This document shows positions 47,212 to 61,050 of a stretch of DNA of 64,000 bases, piece by piece. The notes beneath the pieces were generated by a model. The model was not told the DNA's origin, did not search any database, and saw nothing but the letters and a program-made list of their open reading frames with translations. The translations under genes and the position numbers were made by a program. The stretch's first letter is position 1. Every line of letters begins with the position of its first letter. Source of the DNA: Octopus sinensis (lineage: Eukaryota); NCBI RefSeq assembly GCF_006345805.1, contig NC_043005.1, positions 3,410,001 to 3,474,000 on the forward strand, in the 5' to 3' direction.

Positions 47212-48438
47212 TGAGGCGGCAAACTGGCAGAATCGTTAGCATGCTGGGCAAAATGTTTCACAGAATTTTGTCCATTTTTACGTTCTGGGTTCAAATTCCG
47301 CCGAGGTTGACTTTGCCTTTCATCCTCTCAGGATCAATGAAATAAGTACCAGTTATGCACTGGGGTCAATGTAATCGACTATCCCCCTTCCCTCAAAATT
47401 TCAGGTCTTGTGTCTATAGTAGAAAGGATTATTATTATTATTATTATTGTAAAGGTGGCAGGCTGGCAGAATTGTTGAAATGCCGGGCAAAATGCTTGGT
47501 GGGATTTCATCCATCTTCATGATGTTTGGAGTTCAAATTCCACCAAGGTTGACTTTACTTTTCATCCTTTCAGGGTTGATAAAATAACTACCAGTTAAAT
47601 ACTGGGGTTGATGTAATTGGCTTACCCTCTCCCTGAAGTTGCTGGCCTTGTGCCTTTAGTAGAAATTATTATTATCAATATTATTTGTTTTGTTTCTGAT
47701 TTGAACAGTTAACATCAGTATCATGAATAATGAGGTGCACGTTGTCAAGGAAACCAACCTTGTTCATTCGGATGTCCTCCTGTCAGAATGCTCTGGCAAC
47801 ATTTAAACATTTGGATGTGACTACTGTGTCTCAACTTGTTGATGTCTTTACAAAGAGATGCTCTACCGAACCCAGATAGACATATGGAATCTGATTATAC
47901 TACTACTACTAATAATAATAATAATGATAGCAATTATTATTATTATTATTATTATTATGGGCAAAGGTGGCAAGCTGGTAAAATTGTTAGAGTATTGGAT
48001 AAAATGTGGTATTTTTTTTTATTCTCTATGCTCTGAGTTCAAATCCCACTGGAGTCAACTTTGCCTTTCTTTCCTCCAAGGTCAATGAAATAAAGTACCA
48101 GTTGATTATATCGATTGGGTTCGATATAACTGACTAGTCCCCCTCCGTTCAAAACTGCGGGCTTGTGCCTAAATCAGAAACAACAACAACAACAATTATT
48201 ATTATTATTATTATTATTGATAGTATTGATTGGCAGAAACAAGAAGACAACAAACAATACTTCTGGCAGTTATCTAGTTAAGTCCCTTCTTTTGAATTCA
48301 AATCTTATAAGGGGCTGACTTTGCAGTTCATCTCTCAGGGTTTGATAAATTAAGTCTTAGTCAAGTTCTAGAGTCAATTTAATCAACTCCCATGCACTAC
48401 TCCAAAATGAAATTTGTGATCTTCTGCTTAAGTTAGAA

Positions 48439-48475
<37 letters not shown>

Positions 48476-48808
48476 TCATTTATACACAACAAATTAAACT
48501 GTTGGAAAAAATTCCTAACATTAGGCTACAATAAGTAATCTTGAATGCCAAGAACCTTCCTAGTTGTCCCTAATAACACTGTTTTCTGGAGTTGCACTAA
48601 ACTAGGTTTACACCCCTTCCCATATTTGTGACACTCTTCAATATAAGAGATTGGCAGAATTGTTAGAGAACTGGGTAAGAATGCCTTGTTGTGTGTTGTG
48701 GCTCTTTATGTTCAGGTATCAAATCCTGCTGCGATTAGTTTTGCTTTCATCCTCCCCAGTGTCAATGAAATATGTATTGGTCATGGTCGGGGGTTTGATA
48801 GAACCAAC

Positions 48809-48880
<72 letters not shown>

Positions 48881-50790
48881 TCCAAAAATTCCTGGCTTTG
48901 TGTCTCAGTAAGAAATTACTTTTATTATAGCAAATACTGTCAAGTTGACAATTCAACTTTCCATTCCTGGCTATTTCATTTTATTTATACTGCTAATGTC
49001 TTCATGAAACACATGAATGTTACAAAGATCCTAGTTTGCCATCTCCTAAAATTCAGGGCCTTGAGGTCAATCAAAAAAAAAAAAAAGCACACCTTTATTG
49101 TTGTTATGAAAATTTGAAGGGAAAATTTCCGCATTGTATGTAGTTGTGCCATCAGGAATGGTTGTGTGATTGTCTGTGCTTACCTTGCTGCATTTAGCCT
49201 TGCTTCGTGTTTTAAGTTCAAATTGCAATGTTGCTAGCTTTGCTTTTCATCTTTTTAACTTTCACTTATGTGAGAAGTAATCATCATCATCATCATCATC
49301 ATCAAGGCAGTGAGTTAGCAGAATTATTTGCATGATGTGTATTTCGTCTGTCCTAACATTCTGAGTTCAAATTCCGCCGAGTTCAACTTTACCTTTCATC
49401 CTTTTGAGGTTGATAAAATAAGTATGAGTGAAACACTGGGGGTCAATGTAGTCAACACATCCCCCTTCCATCCAAATTTTAGGCCTTGTGCCTATAGTAG
49501 AAAGGATTATCATTATTAGTATTATTAATTAAGGTGGCAAACTGGCAGAATCGTTAGCACGTCGGGCGAAATGCTTAACAGTATTTTGTCTGTCTTCACA
49601 TTCTGAGTTCAAATTCTGCCGTAGTTGACTTTGCCTTTCATCCTTTTGAGGTTGATAAAACAAGTAACAGGTGAGCACTGGGGGTTGGTGTAATTGATTT
49701 GCCCTCTCCCTCCGAACTTACTGGCCTTGGGAATAGGTTGGAGACTCGATCCAGTGAGGTATTGGCTTATAGTCCTTTACGTTTTCGAGTTCAGCCCCTG
49801 CTAGAGTTGACTTTGTTTTCCATCCTTTTAGGTCAGTGAAATAAGCACCATCCAATTACTAGCTTTGATATAATTTAGTCCCCCCTCCCCAAATTAGTGA
49901 CCTTCTGTCTGTTTTAGAAGTCCTCGTCATCATTATTGTTTTTAGGAAAGGCAGGAAGCGGGCAGAATCTTTGGCACAGGGGGGGGGGATGCTTAGCAGC
50001 TTTTCATCTGTCTTTATATTCGAAGTTCAAATTTTACTGCAGTCCTTTCAGGATCGATAAAATAAGTACCAGTTGCATATTGGGGTTGATGTAATCGACC
50101 ACCCCTCCTTCTCAAAATTTCAGGCCTGGTATCAATAGTACAGAGACTATTATTGTTATTTAAGACGTTGCACAGTATCCAATATCTTGTTGATGTTGTT
50201 GATGATTGTTATTATTATCATAATCATCATCATAAGCATTGCCATGATCATCATTATTATTATTATCAGTATTTATTTCCTATCTTTTACTTTACTGCTG
50301 CTCATCAGCGCTTTTGCCTTTCTTCGCACTAACATCGTATCTTCTTTTATCACTATTGCTGCTGCTTCTCCTCCTCCTACTACTACTGTATTATTATCAT
50401 TATTATTATTATTATGATAAGGGTGGTAGGGCAGCGGAGCGTCTGACAAAATGCTTTGTGGTATTTACTTGCTTGCAGCTCTTTACATTGTGAATTCAAA
50501 TGCTTCTTTGGTCAGCTTCACCCTCCATCCTTCTGCGTTCAATAAAATATCATAGCCCCTCCCCGGCTCTGTAAGAAATTAAGGATGGTGGATTGGCAGA
50601 ATTGGCAGAATTGGCAGAATTGGCAAGGTGTTGGACAAAATATCTTGCAGCGTTTATTGTGGCTCTTTACTTTCTGGTTTCAAATCCTCCTAAGGTCAGT
50701 TTTGCCCTGTGTCCCTCTGTCAAGTAATGAGGTTGGTCAATTTGACTCCTAAATATGTGGCTTTGTGCCTATGTTACTAATTAGTATCAA
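47212..50790 (+). mobile_element. Head-to-tail array of about 12 SINE family 2 copies, all plus strand
   Basis: Repeated AAGG(T/C)GGC..CTGGCAGAAT heads, GAGTTCAAAT B-boxes and (ATT)n tails. Confidence 0.85.
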
Positions 50791-51569
50791 TCATTTTAAT
50801 TATCCAAATGATCACTAACTGATACATTAATTAACTCGTATTTTACTTGATATCTTTTTTTTTTCTTCATCTTTCATTTTTTGTGAGAAACTTACTTAGT
50901 CTGCTGCTTCCACAGCCAGTCAGTTCGTCGTCAAATGGCACCAGATATCTCTAGAAGGCCTTTTTCTAGCCCTTTCTTATCCTTTTAAGCTAATGAAGCC
51001 AGTTAGAAAGAGCTGCAAGTCTTTAGCATCACTGCACCTGTCAGTTCCTCTTCGAAACAAAAGGATGTCTTTAGCCCCGTGTGTCCACTCACTAAAAAGG
51101 AGGAGACCAGTTTTTAGCTCTTCTCTCGATTCTTGTGTTCGGTCAGTCAAAAGGAAAGATTGACTGGAGATGGTGACTAGGTGTCCTTAGGCCCCCTCCC
51201 CCCTCCCCTCATTCCATTCCTCTTGATCTTTGTGTGGCTGTTGTCTTAGCTTCAGCCTTTCTTACCTTCAACAGGAGAGAGGTCCAATTCGTCTCAATAA
51301 CAGTTTTTTTGGGGGTTTTTTTTACCTCTTCTCCTACTCATCCTTTCTTTTCCCTTGATGTGCTCCCTCCCTGCAAACGAGTGAGACGAGTGATAGATTC
51401 AGAGATGGTGGTGATGGATTTGTATTTTATTTCAATTGTCATTGTGTTTTAAATTTCATTTTTTCTCTTTTTTTTACATTTCTTTTTCATTTCATTTCAG
51501 CTTGTAACTATGGTTAACTATGTAGATACCACACTACACACATCTATGCATACATGTATATATATATAT

Positions 51570-51657
<88 letters not shown>

Positions 51658-51777
51658 TGCAATTGCTTTAAAGCATAACATATCACGTGTATTGGAAATG
51701 TGTTTATATCTGTGCAAAGAGAGAAAGAAATACAATTTTTGTATATATATTTGTGTATGAAAGTGCTTATTGTTTAT

Positions 51778-51809
<32 letters not shown>

Positions 51810-52139
51810 TGCTACCGCTATGTTTGCATATGCTTTTCTGTAAATATGTTTGTGTGCGTTTCAAATGTTTTCTCTGTTAATCCTGTTTATGAGAAATGAT
51901 CCTCTTGAAATCTCAGTGCTTGATCCTTTTCATACCAACCCACCTGAGACTGCTTCACACTCTTCCAGGCAAAAAAGCCTCTCCTAAAATGTAATTATTT
52001 TATGACTTTCCATCTTGATTCTATGTCTGCCGAACGTTATTTTAAGCTGTGTTCCTAACATCAGGTGAATAAGGGAATAGGTGATTTCTTTTATCAAATC
52101 CCTCGAAATGAAATAAAATATTTGGGACATTAATAGAGA

Positions 52140-52455
52140 CACGCAGTGGTAAGAAGCTTGCTTCCCAACCACATGGTTGCAGGTTCAGTCCCACTGCATG
52201 TCACCTTGGGCAAGTGTCTTCTATGGCCTCAGGCTGACCAAACCCTTGTCAGTGGATTTGGTAGATAGAAACTGTAAGAATCTTATCGTTTATATACATA
52301 TGTGTGTGTGTGTGTGTCTTTGTACCTGTGTTTGTCACCATTTGACAATAGGTGTAGCAGTTCGGCAAAAAGAGACCGATAGAATTAAGTGCCAGACTTT
52401 AAAAAAAAATATAGTCCTGGGGTCAATCCATTCAACTAAAATAAGTAAAAGATAA
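52140..52455 (+). mobile_element. SINE family 1 copy
   Basis: Family head and tail. Confidence 0.75.
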
Positions 52456-53147
52456 AAAGATAAGGGACAGTGTTGAGTCCAGAAAGGGTTAAGTAGGGAT
52501 AATGTAGGTTGTTATAGGAACTTGTCTATAAGGGTATTTTGCAATCTGAGTTCAAATCCTGTTGTGGTTGACTTTGATCTTTCTGGGGTTGATGAAATAA
52601 GTAGCAGTCAAAAGGTGAGTGGAAGGCGTGAGCTTATAAGTTAATCAGAGGAGGAGTAGTAGTAGTACCCATGACCTTTGCAGGCCCTCCCAGACAAGTG
52701 CTAGTGCTATGACAGATGCCCAGCCTAAAGACCTACAGAAAAACAAAGCAAAAATCATGTGGGCAGGAAAGGGTCTGGAGATTTGGTTTGAATGCTTACA
52801 ACAGGGTGAAGTGTGTTGAAGGCATCCAAGGATCAGGTAGTAGTGTTAGACTGGGTCATGTGTTTGGCCTATTGTTCAGATTGATTGCGCTGTGGTCGCT
52901 TGACCTGTTAGAAATGACAGCCAAATCTTGCTCAAATGACACATTGGATAATGTCGTCTTAGATATGCTGTATCAGCAAACAAGATGGGATGATCATGGC
53001 TGGAATGCTTTTGATTATAGGTCTGCTCAAACCAGACTGACCTGGGGCTAAACAACAACTATACTCTTCTCCTATAGTTTATGACCTTGTACCAAACTTA
53101 GCAATTATTATTATTATTATTTTTATTTTTATTATTATTATATTATT

Positions 53148-53178
<31 letters not shown>

Positions 53179-53349
53179 TTATTATCATCAATATGCTGCC
53201 AAGGTTGACTTTGCCTTTCATCCTTTCATGCTGAAGTAGCATGAAACAATTCTACTACTCTACCTTGGATATCCTTGTTGCTTATTTGGATATATATATA
53301 TATATATAACTAACTAACTAACACATATATATATATGTATGTATATATA

Positions 53350-53406
53350 TCATCATCATCATCATCGTTTAACGTCCGTTCTCCATGCTAGCATGGGTTG
53401 GACGGT
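53350..53406 (-). mobile_element. Minimal 57-bp RTE 3' end inserted in (TA)n
   Basis: Only the terminal stem-loop and (CAT)n tail. Confidence 0.8.
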
Positions 53407-53443
53407 ATATATATATGTATGTATGTATATATATATCACGTGA

Positions 53444-53716
53444 TCACGTGACCGACCAGTCCATCAGATGTAGTTACACATCGCTGGTCACAATGCATTC
53501 GCATTGTTTTAGCCTTTGAATGACGCCACCCCGCTGGCTAAGCGAGCAGGCCAACAGAAGAAAGAGTGGTGAAAGAGTACGGCAGGGATCACCACCCCCT
53601 GCTGGAGCCTCGTGGATCTTTTAGGTGTTTTCGCTCAATAAACACTCACAACGCCCGGTCTGGGAATCGAAACCGCGATCCTACGACTGCAAGTCCGCTG
53701 CCCTAACCATTGGGCC
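53444..53716 (-). mobile_element. SINE head type 3 with tail W
   Basis: Reverse complement TGGCCCAATGGTTAGGGCAGCGG...GGTTTCGATTCCCAGACCGGGCG; distinct 3' half. Confidence 0.75.
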
Positions 53717-53907
53717 ATATATATATGTATGTATATATGTGTATGTATGTATATATATGTGTATGGATGTATATATATATGTATGTATATATATGTGTAT
53801 GTATGTATATATGTGTATGTATGTATATATATGTGTATGGATGTATATATATATGTATGTATATATATGTGTATGTATGTATATATATGTGTATGTATGT
53901 ATATATG

Positions 53908-53958
<51 letters not shown>

Positions 53959-53974
53959 ATATATATATGTATGT

Positions 53975-54014
<40 letters not shown>

Positions 54015-54019
54015 GTATA

Positions 54020-54052
<33 letters not shown>

Positions 54053-54085
54053 TAATATATATATATATGTATGTATATATGTATG

Positions 54086-54116
<31 letters not shown>

Positions 54117-54185
54117 ATATATATATATAGATGTATGTATATATATATATATATATATGTATGTATATATATATATATATATATG

Positions 54186-54224
<39 letters not shown>

Positions 54225-54267
54225 ATATATATAATATATGTATGTATATTATATATATATATGTATG

Positions 54268-54325
<58 letters not shown>

Positions 54326-54682
54326 TATGTATATATATATGTATGTATATATATATGTATGTATATATATATGTATGTATATATATATGTATGTATATAT
54401 ATATATGTATGTATATAATATATATATGTATGTATATATATATGTATGTATATATATATATATATGTATATATATATGTATGTATATATATATATGTATG
54501 TATATATATATGTATGTATATATATATATGTATGTATATATATATATATATGTATATATATATGTATGTATATATATATGTATGTATATATATATATGTA
54601 TGTATATATATATGTATGTATATATATATGTATGTGTATATATATATGTGTATATATATATGTATGTATATATATATGTATG

Positions 54683-54718
<36 letters not shown>

Positions 54719-54874
54719 TATATATATTATGTATGTATATATATATATATATATATGTATGTATATATATATGTATGTATATATATATGTATGTATATAT
54801 ATATATGTATGTATATATATATATATATATGTATGTATATATATAATATATGTATGTATATGTATATATATATC

Positions 54875-54907
<33 letters not shown>

Positions 54908-54938
54908 GTATATATGTATGTATATGTATATATGTATG

Positions 54939-54987
<49 letters not shown>

Positions 54988-55045
54988 TATGTATATGTAT
55001 ATATATATTATGTATATGTATGTATATGTATATATATATATAATG

Positions 55046-55088
<43 letters not shown>

Positions 55089-55248
55089 GTATGTATATAT
55101 ATATATATGGTATATATATATGTATAGTATATATATATATATATATATATATGTTATGTATATATATATATATATGTATGTGTATGTATGTATATATATA
55201 TATATATATATGTATGTTATATATATATATATATGTATATGTATATAT

Positions 55249-55282
<34 letters not shown>

Positions 55283-55320
55283 GTATATGTATAATATATG
55301 TATATATATATATATGTATG

Positions 55321-55363
<43 letters not shown>

Positions 55364-55367
55364 GAAT
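53717..55367. repeat. ~1.65-kb compound (TA)n/(TATG)n microsatellite
   Basis: Direct reading; almost no C on the plus strand. Confidence 0.97.
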
Positions 55368-56472
55368 GCACACACATATCCATTCTTGAAAAAAGTATTT
55401 CCAGGAACCAACGAAAAACCCAATATAATTATTCACCCGACAAGAAAAAGGAGGCAAATATCCCTCGCAGCACAATGTTCCATCTTCAAAGGGAACAACA
55501 CTTAGACACAGTAATCCTACAAATCTTATCTCTAACATAAAAAGAAACAGGATGGTCACATGTGGAATGCTTTTGATCATGTGTCTGCTCCACCAGTGTT
55601 GATTTGGAGCAAGATGTTCTTGTTTTGTGGATTATATTTTGTGTCACTGTTTATCATGGAACTTTTCTTGACTTTTATTTCTAACAAATGATTCACTAAA
55701 AGTTTTTAAATATGAAGAATTTGAAGAGATTTAGAGTAAAACGAACAACTTTTCCATTCATCGAAAGCCAGCAATATTTGCTTTGTAAGTCACTTTTGAT
55801 TCAGAAAATCATTTCACACACCACTATAGCTCCAGTGAATTTATTTGCACACACACACACACATACGGGTTCAGCTAAAGATTGCCTCAAAAGCAATAAC
55901 TTGAGAGGAGTGATTATGAAAACTTGAATTTCTCAAAATATAAAATGAATTTTAAAACACAATGGATTATATTTGGTGATATTTTCTTGTGGCTGACAAT
56001 TAGAATCTTTGCATTTTTCCAAGCATTTTTTTCCTATTTTCTTATTCTTTTTTCTTTGTTCTTAATTATTGAATATTTTGAAATGAATTTGCTTCTGTAA
56101 ATAGCTTAATTGAGTTTTCTATGAAATATTATCATTATTATTACATTTACTATTATCAAAATGGTGTGATGACAGAATTGTTAACACACTGAGCTCATTG
56201 CTTGGTGGCATTTTGTCCATCTTTACGTTCTAAGTTCAAATTCTGCCAAGGTTGATTTTTGCCTATCATCCTTTTGGGATTGATAAAATAAGTACCTGTT
56301 AAATACTGGGGTTGATGTAATTGACTAACCCCCTCCCCTGAAATTGCTGGCCTTGTACCAAACTTTAGAGCAATTGTAACCTGTTCAGCGCTTTAACTAG
56401 AAAAGATTATATACTCAGGAGAGTTTATAGTTTCATTTAAAATCTCTCATAATTGTTTGTCAATATAAATTC

Positions 56473-56852
56473 TTTTACTTGTTTCAGTAAATTGACTGTG
56501 GCCATGCTGGAGCACCACCTTTTTAGTCGAGCAAATCGCCCCATGACTTATTCTTTGTAAGCCTAGTACTTATTCTATCGGTCTCTTTTGCCAAACTGCT
56601 AAGTTACGGGGACATAAACACACCAGCATCGGATGTCAAGCGATGTTGGGGTGGGGGACAAACACAGACACACTAACACACACACACATATATAATGGGC
56701 TTCTTTCAGTTTCCATCTACCAAAACTACTCACAAAGCTTTGGTTGGCCCGAGGCTATAGTAGAAGACACTTGCCCAAGGTGCCACGCAGTGGGACTGAA
56801 CCTAGAACCATGTGGTTGGTAAGCAAGCTACTTACCACACAGCCACTCCTGT
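56473..56852 (-). mobile_element. SINE family 1, full length
   Basis: Complete head-to-tail match. Confidence 0.85.
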
Positions 56853-57569
56853 GCCTATTTATTTCTCATATATTCTCTCAATGTATTCCTAGAATTTGAC
56901 AAATGTGAGACAAATTGCTGTTAATTTTGGGCAAATAATGCCAAACATTTCCAATCAAGAAGGGACACTTGATATAAAAGGTTTTGTATATTAATAAGTC
57001 TTTCTTTTCCTATTGGGGTCTGTTTGTTCTGTGCTTCCCTCTAAATTAATTAGTTGGTGGATTGTTAATTGGACAACAGAATATCATGGTTGATGTTTTT
57101 AATTTGTTTCTATAATTAAAACTAGCGCAACTTGATGTCACTGTTGCTTGACCTGCTTAATGTAGCAACCAAATCATCTTCAGTTAATTTCTTACTGTGT
57201 TTTTAAAATGGGGACCATATGTTTTTTTCTGTCCTACATTTTGGGACACTCTACTCGAAGATGTGGTGGCCAGGATTGGAAGCACTAGTTAAATGCTTTT
57301 ATCTTGTTGGCTATCTAGTAGCAAGTATATTGTTAATGAAATAAAGTTTGGTTTAATCATTTTATCATTTCATCCTTGGTGAGGCAGTGTTTCTGTTGGA
57401 AGAGGACAACAAATTTTGCTGGTGAAGAATTTCAGATTCTGTTGTAGTTTTTACCATTATTCTTGAACATGATAGTTCTGTTTTTGAATTAGTGTTGTGT
57501 GTGTGGGGACAGATGGAAAGGGCCAGCCTTGAAAGCTATGCTATTCAGTATAATAATAATATGCAGAAC

Positions 57570-57720
57570 AGGATTGCAGGGGTTTGAAGAAAATGTGAAC
57601 ATGTCCAGAGCCAACTCCCTGCTTTCAGTCCCAACAGACCCACCAGTGCCTGATCTGCAGCACACATCGGACTGATTGACCACAAATGGACATACCCTGC
57701 TACATCTTCTCCCATGTGAT
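57570..57720 (+). mobile_element. RTE C-terminal remnant (same family as 25840-26205)
   Basis: HQCLICS...HIGLIDH. Confidence 0.5.
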
Positions 57721-57779
57721 GTCCTTGGTCATTGTTGACAACTAATAATAATAATAATAATAATAATAATCAGTATATG

Positions 57780-59040
57780 ATTGAGTCCCATTTGAATCTC
57801 ATCCTGATCAACTTTTGTCTATCTCGATTTGATTAATAAGAAGGACCGATAAAATAAAAGTGTGAAACAGTTGGACTTTTAGGAGAAGAAAAGGACCTTG
57901 TGGGAATGATGGAAATGGCCGAGTTAGCAGAACGTGAAACTGAATGGTATTTTAGATTCGTCTCACTCTAGTTGCCAATACAACAGCTCCCTATATGAAT
58001 AATCACTCTTTGTTCTAATGTTATCACTAATATTCTGGGGTTGATTTAATCAACTGTTCTTTTTCCTTACAAATATTGATCTTACTTCTACTTAATGAAT
58101 ATTTTCTTTTCATGTAAGCCACTCCCAACCTAGAATGATAAGACCTCATGTTCTAACCATTTGTTCACCAAACACCGCAACCTGTGGGCCTGAATCTTTA
58201 GGCCTGGTCTTATAATTCTTAGTCTTTGCATCACTCAACAGAAGTGAAAAGACCCCTGCTCTTCTCTCACCATTCTTTGTGTCAGTGTTTCCTTTCTTGC
58301 CATCAAACTACTTAGTGCTGATTGTTAAGTGTTCTTTTTCAGAAACCCTTGCCAAAAACTAGTAGTTCTTTCTGTAGTCATCACAATAACTGAATCTTCC
58401 GTCCACAATCCAAACTCTATGTCTTGGACTCAGGGTGTTTCACTTTTTTACTTTTAAATTCTGCTTAAAGTAACCCCATTGCTCCCTGTATATTGGAAAA
58501 TTCACCAGTTAATTTTATGACTTCTAACAAATATAGATGCTTAGTGTTAGTGCAGCTGGCTTGGGGTTTCTGGCACAGATTTCAAGTTTATCTTCAGATA
58601 AACCAATCCATGTTTCCAACAGTGAAATAACTTTAGTCAAACTTTCCTTCACATTTGGCTTTGAACATTTGAGACAGGGTGCTTGATCCCTTGTGACCCT
58701 TTTCATCTGATTGAGAAGGCAGGATATGAAGATCAATCTCAACAGATGATGCTGTTGTTGACCAAGATCTGTGGGTCTTTAGAACTTATTGATTTAAGCT
58801 GAATGATCTAATGTTGATTAATGTTTGGTATCACTGCTAACATATAGAAACATCACAAGAGGAATAAATGTGTGTTGTGTTGTTTGAGGCTGTCTGATTT
58901 ATTTCTTGAACATTACTTGGGTGTGGGGTGGGCGAGGGAATAAACATATTCATTTCTGATGAGCTGATCCAGGCTAAATCTAATATTAATGATTTTTTTC
59001 TGAAGAGATGTCTTGGAGTCAACTGATCTCTGAATATAGT
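57780..59040 (-). mobile_element. Decayed LINE endonuclease-like remnant (tentative)
   Basis: Fragmentary LNQ.V..PT...LDL-type peptides; many stops. Confidence 0.2.
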
Positions 59041-60662
59041 TATATCTGTATCTATCTATCTATCTATCTATACACACACACACACACACACACGTTTCAT
59101 GGTATATTGATTTACATCTGGCAGTGATCTCTTCTACATCTATTGGTAATCTCTGTTGTACATCTGGCAGTGATCTCTGTTCTATGTCTGGTGATGTTCT
59201 CTCTTCTATTGTTCCCTATTATACATCCTGTGCAGATCTTTGCTCCACATCTATAGGTGATCTTTCTTCTTCACCTAGTTAATGTTCTTAATTAAACACC
59301 TGATGATAGTTTGTATTCTCAGTTCTTTAGCTGTGGAAGTTCTCTCACCTGTTGAAAAAAAATCTCATTACAACTGCCAACCTAGTGAACAGTGATTACA
59401 GTATCATGATTGCAGGTACCAACCAGTATTTATCATTTATAGGGTTTCATTATATGAATAAACTGGTCAGCTATTGTACCTGTGTTTGTCAGATCTCAGA
59501 ATTAACTGAGTGACGTATGTTCTTAGTTTTTACTTCTCCAAAAACAATCATTGATTCTCCTTCTTATGAGAGCATTTATCTCGACAAAAAGAAAAAAAAT
59601 TACTTTTCTTGATTCTCGGTGTTAAAAATATATTTTCACCTTAACAAAGCTTCTTACTTATTTATCCTCTTCACTTACCTTATCTCCTTTGATTGTGAGA
59701 TGCACCAACATATTCCATGTTCTGTTGATGGAAGTTCCGTCTGTGACATTTTGGGTCAACTTCTTTTCTCTCTCGTTTCAATTTTGCCTTATCTATCAGT
59801 GTGGAATGTTCTTTTCACCTCCATCATTCTTTATCTCCTCTTCCCCTCCCTCTCTACTTTTACTTATTGCCATACCTGTATATATATATATGTGTGTGTG
59901 TGTGTGTCTGGGGACAATGTGCTTGTGCAGTTTGAACATAGTTTAATCATCATGACAACTGATGAATTTTTAATGGTTGATACAATTCAAACATCCTGCC
60001 AACCATCGGCCAAAACTGACCAAAGAATGTGTTGACCTTGGAACAAATCAATGACAAGCCACAGCAACAAACTGCATCTTCATATCTCTCATAATTTCAA
60101 TATTGTCCTCCTGTTTAGCATTTAAACCGGCCATTTCATGCCTAAATATTCTCTCTGTTTTATGTTTAAAGTGACCAGATCTGATCTCTCACACCTAACC
60201 TACAATGTCATTGTAAAATGAATAATCTTATCAAAGCTACAAGATAATGCATCTAACAGAACAATCTGGATGCTAAAGGGCCAAGTCTCCTGTGATTTGA
60301 GTTTGCATAAATTATATTTTAACCCCTCTGCTTCTTCTGCTTCATCTCCCTATGTTCTCAGATCAAATCCTGCCTGGGTCAACTTTACCTTTCATTCCTC
60401 CACAGATGATAAATAAGTACCTGTAATACACTGAGAGGAATTCAGTCCTCTCTACCTTCCTCCTCCAGAAATATCATTAGACCTGTGTTGAGTTTTTAAA
60501 ATCAAAAGTTGATATATTCATACTTCCTTTCTCCAATTGTATTTTTCTGCTCACCAAATTTGTATTTTTGAAGAATTTACAAAAAAGAAGAAAAAAGGAG
60601 CAATCTCCCCAAAACCCAGTCCCATTCATTGATTTTGTACGACGAAGAATGATTCTGAAGAG

Positions 60663-61050
60663 GTTTTGTAGGCATGGCTGTGTGCCAAGAGGTTTACTTC
60701 TTAACCACATGGTTCTAGGTTCAGTCCCACTGTGTGGCACCATGGACAAATGTCTTCTATTACAGCCTTGAGCTGAGCTAAGCCATGTGAGTGGATTTGG
60801 TTGATGGAAACTGAAAGAAGCCCATCATATATGTACTTGTGTGTGTGTCTTTGTGTCTGTTTCTCATCACTGCTTGACAACTGGTGTCAAGTGTTTAATC
60901 CTTAAAACTTAGTGGTTCGGCAAACGAGATTGATAGAATAGTATCAGTTTAAAAAAAATAGGTATTCAGGTCAATTCATTTGACCCAAAATTCTTCAAGA
61001 TGGTGCCCCAGTATGGCCAAAGTCTAAATGCTGAAACAAGCAAAAAACAG
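60663..61050 (+). mobile_element. SINE family 1 copy
   Basis: Family head and tail. Confidence 0.75.

Noticed and set aside
53625-55580. Long YIYIYM-type ORFs (also at 192-584, 7298-7728, 51544-51899)
   Set aside because: Translations of (TA)n/(TATG)n microsatellites; no coding signal
55380-55580. Minus-strand unique peptide [27 protein letters not shown]
   Set aside because: No recognisable homology, weak splice sites, no partner exons
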